From IMG/VR virus record IMGVR_UViG_3300045988_125079, positions 1 through 64,000 of that record: a stretch of 64,000 bases of DNA, one strand, 5' to 3'. The number at the start of each line of letters is the position of its first letter. Within the stretch, counting starts at the first letter, position 1. Of the stretch, positions 45,620-54,575 are shown piece by piece. This DNA is from a virus. The position numbers and the translations under genes were made by a program. The notes below the pieces were generated by a model that worked only from the letters and a program-made list of their open reading frames with translations, did not search any database and was not told where the DNA came from.

Positions 45620-45820
45620 TTACTTTAGCATCCCTTCGATCTTGTCAACCAAGGTCCAATACTCCATACCATAGAGACACGCTTCGTTATCGCCCTCATG
45701 TCGTTCAGCTTGCTCGTTAGAATCTTCGCACGGAACTTCAATCCCCTTCTGATACAGAAGGTCATCAAAGAGATCGACAATTCGTGCAGCAAGTTCTCTT
45801 TTCTTGTCCATCTGATTCAC
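45620..45820 (-). CDS. hypothetical acidic protein
   Basis: Co-directional 66-aa ORF. Confidence 0.4.
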   Translation of the reverse strand: MNQMDKKRELAARIVDLFDDLLYQKGIEVPCEDSNEQAERHEGDNEACLYGMEYWTLVDKIEGMLK

Positions 45821-45825
45821 TCATT

Positions 45826-46014
45826 TTACTCCTCAAAGTCAATATCAAAAGAAGTAGTTCCGTCTTCGTTTTCCCGATAATTCATTTCAGCGAGAGAGTC
45901 CATACACTCCTTTAACTTCTTTTGCGTGTTCTCTACATCCGGATGGCTTAGAAGATACTGGAGTCGTTTTGCTCCATCAGCACTCAAAATAATATCTCCA
46001 TTAACGTAGTGCAT
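45826..46014 (-). CDS. hypothetical protein
   Basis: Co-directional 62-aa ORF. Confidence 0.4.
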   Translation of the reverse strand: MHYVNGDIILSADGAKRLQYLLSHPDVENTQKKLKECMDSLAEMNYRENEDGTTSFDIDFEE

Positions 46015-46015
46015 T

Positions 46016-46582
46016 TTATTCCTCGTTTACAATTTCGATTTGACACATCTTCATGGCGGCAAGTGCATTCTTGTGAGACTCAGGAGTAACGCCGGCACAG
46101 CAGCTTGCATCCACAATGATAGGTACCGACGGTAGAGCAGCTTTGAGCAGCATTGCATTAGAGATCACGCAGATATCAGTACAGAGACCAACCAGAGTAA
46201 TAGAAGTGATGTCCGCACTGGTGCACCAAAAAACATCTTTCAGATCACTTGCCAACCGGAATGATCCAAATGTGAATTTATCGTAAACCGGATTATTTTC
46301 ACACCAGTCTTCATCGGGGATCGTTGCATCGACCTCATCGACAAGCTGCCAGCCTCGTGTACCGCGCAGACAATGTTTAACAGGAAGGCGCTTGCCCTCT
46401 TGGGTTTCGAGATAATTGTTATGGTGAGTATCCCGGGTATACAGGACCTTACCTTTCCAACTCTTGATCTTCTCCACAACCTTCGGCACAATTGCCTGAG
46501 CTTCTGGAGTGCCAAGAGCGCCGGTCACAAAATCGTTCTGCATATCCACAACAATCAGAATATCAGCCTTTGTCTTTTCCAT
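46016..46582 (-). CDS. pncA: isochorismatase-family cysteine hydrolase, nicotinamidase-like
   Basis: ILIVVDMQNDFV, DTHH, K... and LVGLCTDICV (catalytic Cys) follow the PncA pattern. Confidence 0.75.
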   Translation of the reverse strand: MEKTKADILIVVDMQNDFVTGALGTPEAQAIVPKVVEKIKSWKGKVLYTRDTHHNNYLETQEGKRLPVKHCLRGTRGWQLVDEVDATIPDEDWCENNPVYDKFTFGSFRLASDLKDVFWCTSADITSITLVGLCTDICVISNAMLLKAALPSVPIIVDASCCAGVTPESHKNALAAMKMCQIEIVNEE

Positions 46583-46594
46583 AAGAACTCTCCC

Positions 46595-47794
46595 TTAATT
46601 GTATTTCCAAATATATCCACCTGCTGATTTTTGTTTTCCTTTACAGCAGTTATAAATATTCGAGTGTTTGATGTTGTAATAGTTCGCAGCATCCGTCATA
46701 CTGCCCCATTCTTTAATTAAATTTCCAGTTTTATCATATTGGAGTACCTTTCGCTTTCCGCCGATATGCTCTTCTTTGCTTTTCGCAAACGCCACAACGT
46801 CATCAACGTCAAGTCCGTCCTCGTCATAAGCCCAAGCGTATCCTTTTGCCATATAAGCTTTCCGGTTACAGCACTCAGAAATTGCTCCATCACTTCCATT
46901 TACGGCTATAGCAGCTTCTGTTATTGTGTCATACCGCGCAACAATTTCTTTAGAATTCACATCTATTTGACAGACTTTTGCCCGATATCGTTTGTGTTTA
47001 TGAACACGCATTTCTTTTTCATGATATTCGTATTTATCAATACATTCTTCATTGAGCATTTGTTGGTAGAATTTTTGAAATATTTCTTCGATACGATTAA
47101 AATGAGTGTATTTAATATAAAGGATTGGAATTTTATGTTCTTCGCAATAATCGGATTTTATTTTGTCCAATCGTTTTCGTTCTTCAAGATTCTTTTCTTT
47201 TTGCTCTTTACATTCACCATTGAATGTAAATGGGTAATAATGCTGTTCGCCTTGTAATTCTACAAGAAACAGTAACTTTTTACTCTCATGGTGAAATATC
47301 GCGAAGTCAAAAGGTAAAGCTCTTGTATCTATACAATCAGCAAATTTATATTGCTGAATATATAAGATATTATTTTCAGACAGATATTGTTGCAGAATAT
47401 ATTCTGCTTTTGAAGAAACACAGCCGCATGATATTGTTTGCCCTGTAGTTAAAGCAGATATTGATACATAAGCGTATCTCCCACAGTCACATTCACATGT
47501 CCATATGGTTCTTTTTCCCGGTTTTCGTACAGGGCATAAAGCCACTAATTTACCAAAACGCTGACCAGTAACATCAACAAACTTAATCTTTGATGTGTTC
47601 TCACTTTGAAAACATCCACATGATCGTGTATGTCCAGATTTTAAATGTGTGCCGGCAACGACAACTTCGTTTCCACAATCGCATTTACAAATCCAATGTG
47701 GTTTATGTTGACCAGACGGTGTTATTCTGTCTTCTGCAGGTCCTATAACTGTTAATCGACCAAATTTTTGACCTGTTAAATCCTCCCTACTCAT
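46595..47794 (-). CDS. homing-endonuclease-like protein (Zn-binding repeats + PD-(D/E)XK-like core + NUMOD1-like repeats)
   Basis: Two full G(Q)(K/R)FG(R/K)L(T/V)V...W.C.CDCG...SCGC repeats plus a third SCGC Cys-motif. FDFAIF...VELQGEQHY. Two C-terminal modules EAA..N......I..CC..K...A.GY.W.Y. Confidence 0.5.
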   Translation of the reverse strand: MSREDLTGQKFGRLTVIGPAEDRITPSGQHKPHWICKCDCGNEVVVAGTHLKSGHTRSCGCFQSENTSKIKFVDVTGQRFGKLVALCPVRKPGKRTIWTCECDCGRYAYVSISALTTGQTISCGCVSSKAEYILQQYLSENNILYIQQYKFADCIDTRALPFDFAIFHHESKKLLFLVELQGEQHYYPFTFNGECKEQKEKNLEERKRLDKIKSDYCEEHKIPILYIKYTHFNRIEEIFQKFYQQMLNEECIDKYEYHEKEMRVHKHKRYRAKVCQIDVNSKEIVARYDTITEAAIAVNGSDGAISECCNRKAYMAKGYAWAYDEDGLDVDDVVAFAKSKEEHIGGKRKVLQYDKTGNLIKEWGSMTDAANYYNIKHSNIYNCCKGKQKSAGGYIWKYN

Positions 47795-47828
47795 AAATCA
47801 CTCACTTTCTATTGTAATTTTTTACAAT

Positions 47829-48581
47829 TTACTTGACCCAGTTTCTCATAAAGGTAGGCATTGGAAGCATTTTAAACATATTTGCATTGTGAAGCCTATC
47901 GATTTTTGCTGCCGTTTCAGTATCCCCACCAAAGTCTCCAGTACGAATATACTTATCCAGAAATTCGTATGTGAATCCAAGATTGTCTTCGTCCGTTTTA
48001 CCACTCAACCCATCCTGCGGAATTTTGTTGATAAACTTATCAGGCAAGCCAAGCAAAGTTCCAACCGCCTTAACTTCGGTTACTGTTAAATCGCCCAATG
48101 GACTAAATTGACCAACAGTGTCACCAAAAACACTTCCATACCCGGTGTACCGCTCACTATAGTTCGAATTATTGCTCACCCGCCCATTCCTGCTCTGTGC
48201 CACCATGAACAGAGTTGCCATACGGATGCGAGCCGGCAAATTCACACGAGCCTGCTTGGTATCCACGATCCCACCAGTACGGCCAGATTCCAGCAGTGTA
48301 TTCACCGTGCCCGCGATATTGATCTCATGTGAGTCGATGTCGAGGTACTTCACTACCTCACGCGCCACATCAATATCGCTCTGAACACCCTGCGGCATCA
48401 GAACACCAATGACGCGATCCTTGCCAATGGCCTCACAGCACAGAGCCGCCACAATAGTAGAATCCTTGCCACCAGAGATTCCGACGACTGCGTTGCACTC
48501 AGGGCCGTTCTTACGGAAGTAGTTGCGAATCCAGTTGATCAATTCTTCCTTAGTTTTCTTTGCATCGAATGTATAATTCAT
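47829..48581 (-). CDS. nadE: NH3-dependent NAD+ synthetase
   Basis: VVGISGGKDSTIVAAL is the SGGxDS PP-loop. Size fits NadE. Confidence 0.9.
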   Translation of the reverse strand: MNYTFDAKKTKEELINWIRNYFRKNGPECNAVVGISGGKDSTIVAALCCEAIGKDRVIGVLMPQGVQSDIDVAREVVKYLDIDSHEINIAGTVNTLLESGRTGGIVDTKQARVNLPARIRMATLFMVAQSRNGRVSNNSNYSERYTGYGSVFGDTVGQFSPLGDLTVTEVKAVGTLLGLPDKFINKIPQDGLSGKTDEDNLGFTYEFLDKYIRTGDFGGDTETAAKIDRLHNANMFKMLPMPTFMRNWVK

Positions 48582-48594
48582 AATTCATTCCTCC

Positions 48595-49065
48595 TTACAG
48601 TTTCCACAGCTCCACATCAACACCCTGGAATGCAGCATCAATATTCTTTTTGACCGTATCCCAGTTTGCACCGCCACGGACACAGCCGATCTTATACGGC
48701 ATTGCTACCTTGAGGTTTCCAGCACGAGCGATATCTGCAACGGTACTGAGCGCTTTTGTCAGAGCATCGATAGAGGTGTACTGCTTCCCGTTATAACCGA
48801 AATCTTCCTGACCGAAACAGTTAGCGATCCAGCGGCTCCCCTCTTCATTCACAGGAACTAGCTGTGCTACACCGAGATTCTGAGCAGGATCATTCATACA
48901 GCGCTCACATAGATCACGATACTGTTCGTATACGGCTGGATACCGTTCACGAACTTCTTTAGCAACACCGGACCCCATAACACCCTGACAATTGACCTGA
49001 TGACAGATAATGTCAGCATCAGAATCAAATACGTTGCCCTCTTTGATCACAACAGCCATCAGCAT
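48595..49065 (-). CDS. macro-domain protein (ADP-ribose binding/processing)
   Basis: DADIICHQVNCQGVMGSGVAKEVRERYP ... IGCVRGGANW. Confidence 0.8.
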   Translation of the reverse strand: MLMAVVIKEGNVFDSDADIICHQVNCQGVMGSGVAKEVRERYPAVYEQYRDLCERCMNDPAQNLGVAQLVPVNEEGSRWIANCFGQEDFGYNGKQYTSIDALTKALSTVADIARAGNLKVAMPYKIGCVRGGANWDTVKKNIDAAFQGVDVELWKL

Positions 49066-49278
49066 TCACCTCCGATTCAACTCTTTGATTCCAAAATATT
49101 GCGCTCCTCGTTGACTACGCAAATTAAACTGCTCAAGCTCTGGGGTCCATACAACCACATCCATCTCATCAAAAGCCCCTGCATGAATTAACTTCAGAGC
49201 TTCTTTTCTATCGCATTTGCGAATAACTTTTCCATCGTACCAAAAGCGAATTAAGTTATCAGTGGGTTTATAAATCAT
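49066..49278 (-). CDS. hypothetical protein
   Basis: ATG at 49278 shares one nt with the NAMPT stop (TGATG). Confidence 0.4.
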   Translation of the reverse strand: MIYKPTDNLIRFWYDGKVIRKCDRKEALKLIHAGAFDEMDVVVWTPELEQFNLRSQRGAQYFGIKELNRR

Positions 49279-50756
49279 CAAAACTTTCCTTCCCACAGTC
49301 GATCGCGAACTTCTTTCAGACTGTACTCTTTTACCATCTCGCCATTACGGAATACAGTCTGCAACAGGTTGCCGTCGGAATGAGCAGCGTGATCCATCAA
49401 GCCATCTGTATAGGTCAGTTTTCCAGAATCATCCTTGGTGACATAGCACATACCCTTCAGACTCTTCTTAAAGTGATCAGTGTCGGTTTTGGGGTCTTTG
49501 AAGATTTGAATCTCCTTGCCATTGACCACTCCATAAGTTGCCTTAACTGCCATGCCAAAAGTATCGCGGGTAAACGGCTTCAACTGACCATTCTGCTCGA
49601 TGCACTGCATGGAAAAAGAACCAACACCGAGACTGACATTATTGCAGGCGAAGCCGTGTGCTTTGAGTTCGGCATAAATCTTTTCACAGCGCTGCACAGT
49701 AATCGAATCCCCGTATAGTGCCTTCACATGCGGGTCGAGCACCTTGTAGCCCTTACTGTTGACTGTGCCACCGAAGATATCCCACAGATGGTAAACAGTC
49801 TGCGTGACGATTTCTACCGGATCACCAGAGTCGCCACGAATCAGCAGCGTGCCATTGTGCGCCATAATCTCGTCTTTGAGCTGGGGTAGGATATTATCGA
49901 CCAGATTCCAATAGTCGTAGGAATCAGATACCATACTGAAGCTCATATTGGGATACAGCTCAGTCAGCGCCCGGCGGATGAAAGTGATCTCGTCTCCATC
50001 GACAGCGAAGTTAGAACACATCACACTATGCTCGGTGCTAATAGCGCCAAACGCAACGGGCTCCTTAGTGCAATCACAGCGATACATTTCTTCCAGATAC
50101 GGAATCGCAGGAACAGTGGCCGTATTCAAAAAGCTCAGACACCACCCAGCGCTGGATTTGACAGCAGACTGCATACACTCCTGACCACGGAAACTGAAAT
50201 CGCCCAGAGCACGAGCATGAGGCACGCCATCCTCCACGGTTTCATCGTAATATTTGTCCACGATATCGCGGTACAGGGTGCCGACCGTTGCAGAAATCAT
50301 CGGATGCCACAGCTCAGAGCTCATAAAGGATTCGAGGAACTGCGGAACCCATGCGAAATCAGGATGCGTATTGCTCATCTCAAGGAACGGCACATGAATC
50401 GGGCAGCGAGTGCCCTCGGGCAGTGCTTTGATCTCGACAGGAAGATAGCCCAGGTCATGCAGGGCAGCAATCTTATCGATATCATAAGCGTCTTTGCCAA
50501 TGGTTGCGTCCAGGACACGCTGATAATTTGAGACAACCCACTCCTTTGGGAAATCAAAAAACCAACGTTTAAAATAATTCTGCAGATAATTCTTGCAGAA
50601 CGCCTGAACACCAAACACGACGACTTCATCCACGCCATCCAGACGGCTCATACGAGGAGTAAAGTAACTGACCAGCTTGGTAGTGCCAGCCGGGAACTGC
50701 TTACTGTGAGTTGTCTTGTAGAAGTCACACAACAGCATCGGGTTAATATTGATCAT
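49278..50756 (-). CDS. nadV: nicotinamide phosphoribosyltransferase family (NadV/NAMPT-like; could be a NARP1 Namat-type enzyme)
   Basis: N-terminus NPMLLCDFYKTTH, 492 aa, type-II PRTase pattern throughout. Confidence 0.85.
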   Translation of the reverse strand: MININPMLLCDFYKTTHSKQFPAGTTKLVSYFTPRMSRLDGVDEVVVFGVQAFCKNYLQNYFKRWFFDFPKEWVVSNYQRVLDATIGKDAYDIDKIAALHDLGYLPVEIKALPEGTRCPIHVPFLEMSNTHPDFAWVPQFLESFMSSELWHPMISATVGTLYRDIVDKYYDETVEDGVPHARALGDFSFRGQECMQSAVKSSAGWCLSFLNTATVPAIPYLEEMYRCDCTKEPVAFGAISTEHSVMCSNFAVDGDEITFIRRALTELYPNMSFSMVSDSYDYWNLVDNILPQLKDEIMAHNGTLLIRGDSGDPVEIVTQTVYHLWDIFGGTVNSKGYKVLDPHVKALYGDSITVQRCEKIYAELKAHGFACNNVSLGVGSFSMQCIEQNGQLKPFTRDTFGMAVKATYGVVNGKEIQIFKDPKTDTDHFKKSLKGMCYVTKDDSGKLTYTDGLMDHAAHSDGNLLQTVFRNGEMVKEYSLKEVRDRLWEGKF

Positions 50757-50775
50757 TTCAAATCCTCCTTAAATC

Positions 50776-50940
50776 TCAGCTTTTATCGGCATTCACAAGC
50801 GTTCTTAATGCAACAATCCCCATTGAACACGCTTCATACTTCTGTACATCTTTTTCGTCAAAGCAGTTAAATCCAGCTCTCATATCAGAAAGTGTATGAA
50901 TCGCATTCCAAACTTCTTCTTCGGTGTATTTATATGCCAT
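50776..50940 (-). CDS. hypothetical small protein (54 aa)
   Basis: Hand translation gives MAYKYTEEEVWNAIHTLSDMRAGFNCFDEKDVQKYEACSMGIVALRTLVNADKS. Confidence 0.3.
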   Translation of the reverse strand: MAYKYTEEEVWNAIHTLSDMRAGFNCFDEKDVQKYEACSMGIVALRTLVNADKS

Positions 50941-50963
50941 ATCTATTCAACCCATTTTAGAAC

Positions 50964-51245
50964 TTAACTTTTATCGTTAATCCTCCAGTCCAATTTTTGA
51001 CCACATTGTCTGCAGTAGTGATCATATTGACCAATTAACGTTGTATTGCACTTTGGGCATCTGTAGCTTTCATATTTTGGATCGACTACGACTTTCTTGC
51101 TCTCAATCCGATTGAAGTAATCACTCAAAACATCACTTATCATTGCTTTTTCAGACCAGTATGCATCTCCGTATTTGATACTTTTCGTTAAGCGCTGATA
51201 TGCACTAAGGATTTCACCTTTTGCATACTTCATATCAGTCCTCAT
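50964..51245 (-). CDS. small zinc-ribbon protein
   Basis: CPKCNT ... CRQCGQ. Confidence 0.5.
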   Translation of the reverse strand: MRTDMKYAKGEILSAYQRLTKSIKYGDAYWSEKAMISDVLSDYFNRIESKKVVVDPKYESYRCPKCNTTLIGQYDHYCRQCGQKLDWRINDKS

Positions 51246-52062
51246 CCCAACGATGCTCCAATACAGTAATTTTGTCGTGCTTTCCAGTGAAGATACTGTC
51301 CGTAGTGTAAACCCCGTGAATCAGTTCCGGATCGTCAAACAGATGGCCGCGTTCCTTATCCAGGATACTGTTCTCGCAGTGGCTGACATACATATCGATA
51401 TTACCAGCACCCAGTTCCTTCAGCTTCTTGGCCGAATAGAACATGGTACCGCCGTAAGAGCAAATATCGTCAATCATCAGAACCTTTTCGCCAGGCTTCA
51501 CTTCGCCAACGACATCCAGACCGAGAATCTTACCAGTCGCCCAATCGCGCTTTTTATCGCCATGGATAATATAGGCACTGCACTTTGCTCGATCCAGTGC
51601 CCAGTGAACAGTTTCCTCGTATCGTTTCATTGCCCCTGCATCTGGGAAGTAGATCACATCCGGCTTGCTCTCCTCGATTACCTGACAAATCTCACGAATC
51701 GGAGTGTGTACTTCACACCGATCGATCAGAGCGGGAGCCACGTCGCTATGAGGATCAAATACAACAACGCGGCTGAATTCACATCGATTGATCTCCTCTG
51801 CGAACCACTTGAGAGTGAATACATCATCGTCACTATGAACGCGATCCATACGGGCGTTCGGAATATACGGCATAAACAGCTCGACTTCTCCCCCGTTATC
51901 TTTTACATCCTTTGCAATCATAACGACGGCGGGAAGTTCAGCCATAGATTCAAATGTCCAGACGATGCTGATCACATTCAGATAATTGATAGCTCTATAC
52001 TTCTTGATCAGCGGAGTGCCGTCAGGGAAAGAATCGATTTTATAATAATTTGCTTTAACCAT
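51235..52062 (-). CDS. prs: ribose-phosphate pyrophosphokinase family (Prs-like; could be a NARP1 Adps-type enzyme)
   Basis: PRTase loop VLMIDDICSYGGTM. N-terminal Prs-like half (FMPYIPNARMDR). Confidence 0.8.
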   Translation of the reverse strand: MVKANYYKIDSFPDGTPLIKKYRAINYLNVISIVWTFESMAELPAVVMIAKDVKDNGGEVELFMPYIPNARMDRVHSDDDVFTLKWFAEEINRCEFSRVVVFDPHSDVAPALIDRCEVHTPIREICQVIEESKPDVIYFPDAGAMKRYEETVHWALDRAKCSAYIIHGDKKRDWATGKILGLDVVGEVKPGEKVLMIDDICSYGGTMFYSAKKLKELGAGNIDMYVSHCENSILDKERGHLFDDPELIHGVYTTDSIFTGKHDKITVLEHRWDED

Positions 52063-52073
52063 ATCGAACCTCC

Positions 52074-53177
52074 TTAAACTGCGTAATGCAGGCTACGCCC
52101 ACCACGACGTTCAAACATAATATACTTAACCGTTTCCTTTTCAAATGCAGCGTAGTCTGCCTTTTCCCACTCATAATCTCGGTCATAGGGATTTTCGACT
52201 CTGAGATTCTCACCAGAAATCTTACACTTACCAGTCTGCTGATCGAATTCAATATTATCCGTATTGAACCGAATCAAGTAGCTGTCCTTGCCCACAATCG
52301 GGGTGAAGTAATCAGAATAATCATGACCGCCATTAAACAAATCATAACTACCATGGCTAATAGACTTTTTACCGCTTTCAGTTACTGCCGTGACAGTATA
52401 GGCCATGTCGTCCAGATTGATGATGTTCAGATCCATGATGGCATCCTTAAATGGGGTACCGAGATTCAGCTCGAAAGCGATGGACCGCAGACAATCGTAA
52501 TTCAGAGTGACACGAGAAGAGAACTGAATAACAGATTCAATTTCGCCATAATACTTTGGATCAAGCTTGTCCTGCAGATAAGTACGAATCTCTTCAGCCT
52601 GCGGATAATCGAAGCGAAAATGATAATGGAAACGACCCGGACGGTTTACCAGATAATCATTCAGACTTCGCAGTTCATTGCACGTGACCACAAACAATTT
52701 CTTGCCTGCGGTAGTGCCGTCGAATAGACTCAGCATAGTATCCTGTGGCGTATTGTCATCTGTTTTGCGGAATGTTTTATCAAACTCGTCAAACAGAACC
52801 ATAACTTCCTGCGTGATTGATTCAATAAAACTTGCAATACCGGGGACGTATTCACTTACCAAAATGACAGGATAGCCCTCATCAATAGCGGCCTTAGCGA
52901 TCATTTTAGCAGTCATAGACTTACCGATACCCTTATCACCGCTGAGAATCACACCAAGATTTCGAGTAAACACTTTAAACGTACTCATTACCTTGGCTGC
53001 CTTTTCACTGGCGACACCATACACCTTTTCATCAACAACCATATCAGGACGACGAACCAGATAAAAACCGGTCATTTTGGAGAAACAGATGTCATATGTG
53101 CCTGCTGGAATTTGGTCATAAGCCTGCATGTCATCGCCGTACAGATGTAAACGGCCAGAGCTTTCAACAATTTTCAT
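52074..53177 (-). CDS. classic-clade AAA+ ATPase
   Basis: Walker A SGDKGIGKSM, Walker B VLFDEFDK, and VNRPGRFHYHF sensor/arginine-finger region. Confidence 0.8.
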   Translation of the reverse strand: MKIVESSGRLHLYGDDMQAYDQIPAGTYDICFSKMTGFYLVRRPDMVVDEKVYGVASEKAAKVMSTFKVFTRNLGVILSGDKGIGKSMTAKMIAKAAIDEGYPVILVSEYVPGIASFIESITQEVMVLFDEFDKTFRKTDDNTPQDTMLSLFDGTTAGKKLFVVTCNELRSLNDYLVNRPGRFHYHFRFDYPQAEEIRTYLQDKLDPKYYGEIESVIQFSSRVTLNYDCLRSIAFELNLGTPFKDAIMDLNIINLDDMAYTVTAVTESGKKSISHGSYDLFNGGHDYSDYFTPIVGKDSYLIRFNTDNIEFDQQTGKCKISGENLRVENPYDRDYEWEKADYAAFEKETVKYIMFERRGGRSLHYAV

Positions 53178-53188
53178 ATTGGCACTCC

Positions 53189-53575
53189 TTAGTTCAGCTC
53201 TTCCAGCTTCTTCATTAGGTCGTCGATGCCCATATCTTCCAACTCTTTATCCTTCTTCTTAGCTACGATCTTCATAATTTTATCGCGCTGTGCCTTCTTC
53301 TCGGCTGCGCTCGCACGAGCCTCGGACTCGGCCAGCTTGACGGATACGATATACTTGACCAGCTCAATCTTGTTTGCCAGTTCGGTATCCTCGGCGCTCT
53401 TAGCCGCCAGCAAAGAGTCTTCGTCGGCGGTTTTCTTCTGGCGGTTCAAAGCTTTAAAGATCGCATCCAGAGCCTCAACGTTCAGATCCCACAGATCTTC
53501 AACAGTCATAACACCCTTATAGGTGAAGCGATAGCGGTTACGAGTTGCGATCTCAAATAAATTCTTCTCCATCAT
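53189..53575 (-). CDS. hypothetical coiled-coil protein
   Basis: Co-directional 128-aa ORF upstream of the AAA+ gene. Confidence 0.5.
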   Translation of the reverse strand: MMEKNLFEIATRNRYRFTYKGVMTVEDLWDLNVEALDAIFKALNRQKKTADEDSLLAAKSAEDTELANKIELVKYIVSVKLAESEARASAAEKKAQRDKIMKIVAKKKDKELEDMGIDDLMKKLEELN

Positions 53576-53585
53576 AATTCTCCTT

Positions 53586-53849
53586 TTACAATAACGAGTG
53601 ACAAGTTAGCCGCTTAGAATTCTCAAACATATCATCAGACCACAGCCAATTCATAGTATCTTCTTTAAGCTGATATCGGTCTTCTCTATATCCACCAATT
53701 GTCACAATTTTCCCGCAGAATTTTTTCATGTCTGAAACAAATCCAACTTTAATATCAGGGCATGGCCCAGATCGCATGCTATATATTTTCAGTTGTTCTA
53801 AATTCTGTTTTACACGCACCCTATCCCCAGGTTTGTAGCGATATTCCAT
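53586..53849 (-). CDS. CxSLL-tail SH3-like small protein, paralog 1
   Basis: MEYRYKPGDRVRV ... WLWSDDMF ... CHSLL-stop. ATG at 53849 forms a TAATG overlap. Confidence 0.7.
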   Translation of the reverse strand: MEYRYKPGDRVRVKQNLEQLKIYSMRSGPCPDIKVGFVSDMKKFCGKIVTIGGYREDRYQLKEDTMNWLWSDDMFENSKRLTCHSLL

Positions 53850-54022
53850 TATGATTCCCCATTCGTCATGTTCCTTCCACAATGAGGGCAGAACCGAGAT
53901 AAATGTTCATAATAATGTTGTGCTAAAATGTTATAGCGACAATCAGCGTCGTATCCACATTTTTCACAAAAATGCCATCCGTTTTCATCTTCCACCCATG
54001 TAGAAATATCGTTCTCGTTCAT
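53849..54022 (-). CDS. small zinc-ribbon protein (57 aa)
   Basis: Hand translation gives MNENDISTWVEDENGWHFCEKCGYDADCRYNILAQHYYEHLSRFCPHCGRNMTNGES. Confidence 0.4.
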   Translation of the reverse strand: MNENDISTWVEDENGWHFCEKCGYDADCRYNILAQHYYEHLSRFCPHCGRNMTNGES

Positions 54023-54031
54023 AGAATCTCC

Positions 54032-54298
54032 TTATAATAATGATTTGCAAGATAACAGATTTGCTAAGCCTAAAAACATCTCATCTGTCCATAGGATATT
54101 GTTTTGAGCTTCTTCTATGACATATCGATTTAAAACATACCCCATGACCGTCACAGTTTTCCCCTCAAAAGGTTTTCTTGCTTTAAAAGATCTTTTTACG
54201 ACAACTCCAAAATCTTGGGATAACATCTTATAATTATGACCTTCTTCGAAGCAATCTATCACGCGAACATGGTCTCCGGGTTTATATTGATATCCCAT
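54032..54298 (-). CDS. CxSLL-tail SH3-like small protein, paralog 2
   Basis: MGYQYKPGDHVRV ... ILWTDEMF ... CKSLL-stop. AAAGGAGAG RBS. Confidence 0.7.
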   Translation of the reverse strand: MGYQYKPGDHVRVIDCFEEGHNYKMLSQDFGVVVKRSFKARKPFEGKTVTVMGYVLNRYVIEEAQNNILWTDEMFLGLANLLSCKSLL

Positions 54299-54308
54299 AA
54301 TCTCTCCT

Positions 54309-54575
54309 TTACAGCAGTGACCGACACGTAAAAGGATTAGCCAGACCGACAAACATATCATCAGACCAAATAGTGTCTTTATTTGACTCTTCGATCATGT
54401 ATCCGCCCAGTCTATATCCGGAAATCGTTACAACTTTCCCAGCAAGACGTTTTCTTGTCGGCAACGACACTCCGATTGTCAGAATGCTTTTACCAGAAGA
54501 CATATAATGGTTTTTCCCTGGTTCAAATTTATCTATCACGCGAACTCTATCCCCAAGCTTATATTTGTAATCCAA
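54309..54575 (-). CDS. CxSLL-tail SH3-like small protein, paralog 3
   Basis: MDYKYKLGDRVRV ... TIWSDDMF ... CRSLL-stop. Confidence 0.7.
   Translation of the reverse strand: MDYKYKLGDRVRVIDKFEPGKNHYMSSGKSILTIGVSLPTRKRLAGKVVTISGYRLGGYMIEESNKDTIWSDDMFVGLANPFTCRSLL

Noticed and set aside
51253-52077. 274-aa plus-strand ORF, and similar antisense ORFs at 15455..16183, 16385..17158, 18056..18820, 27323..28009, 52086..52727, 61204..61881, 61953..62822 and 63116..63751
   Set aside because: Each is antisense to a minus-strand gene with clear family motifs (Prs, DnaE, SBP, AAA+, E1, JAB). No plus-strand gene in the window has independent support.
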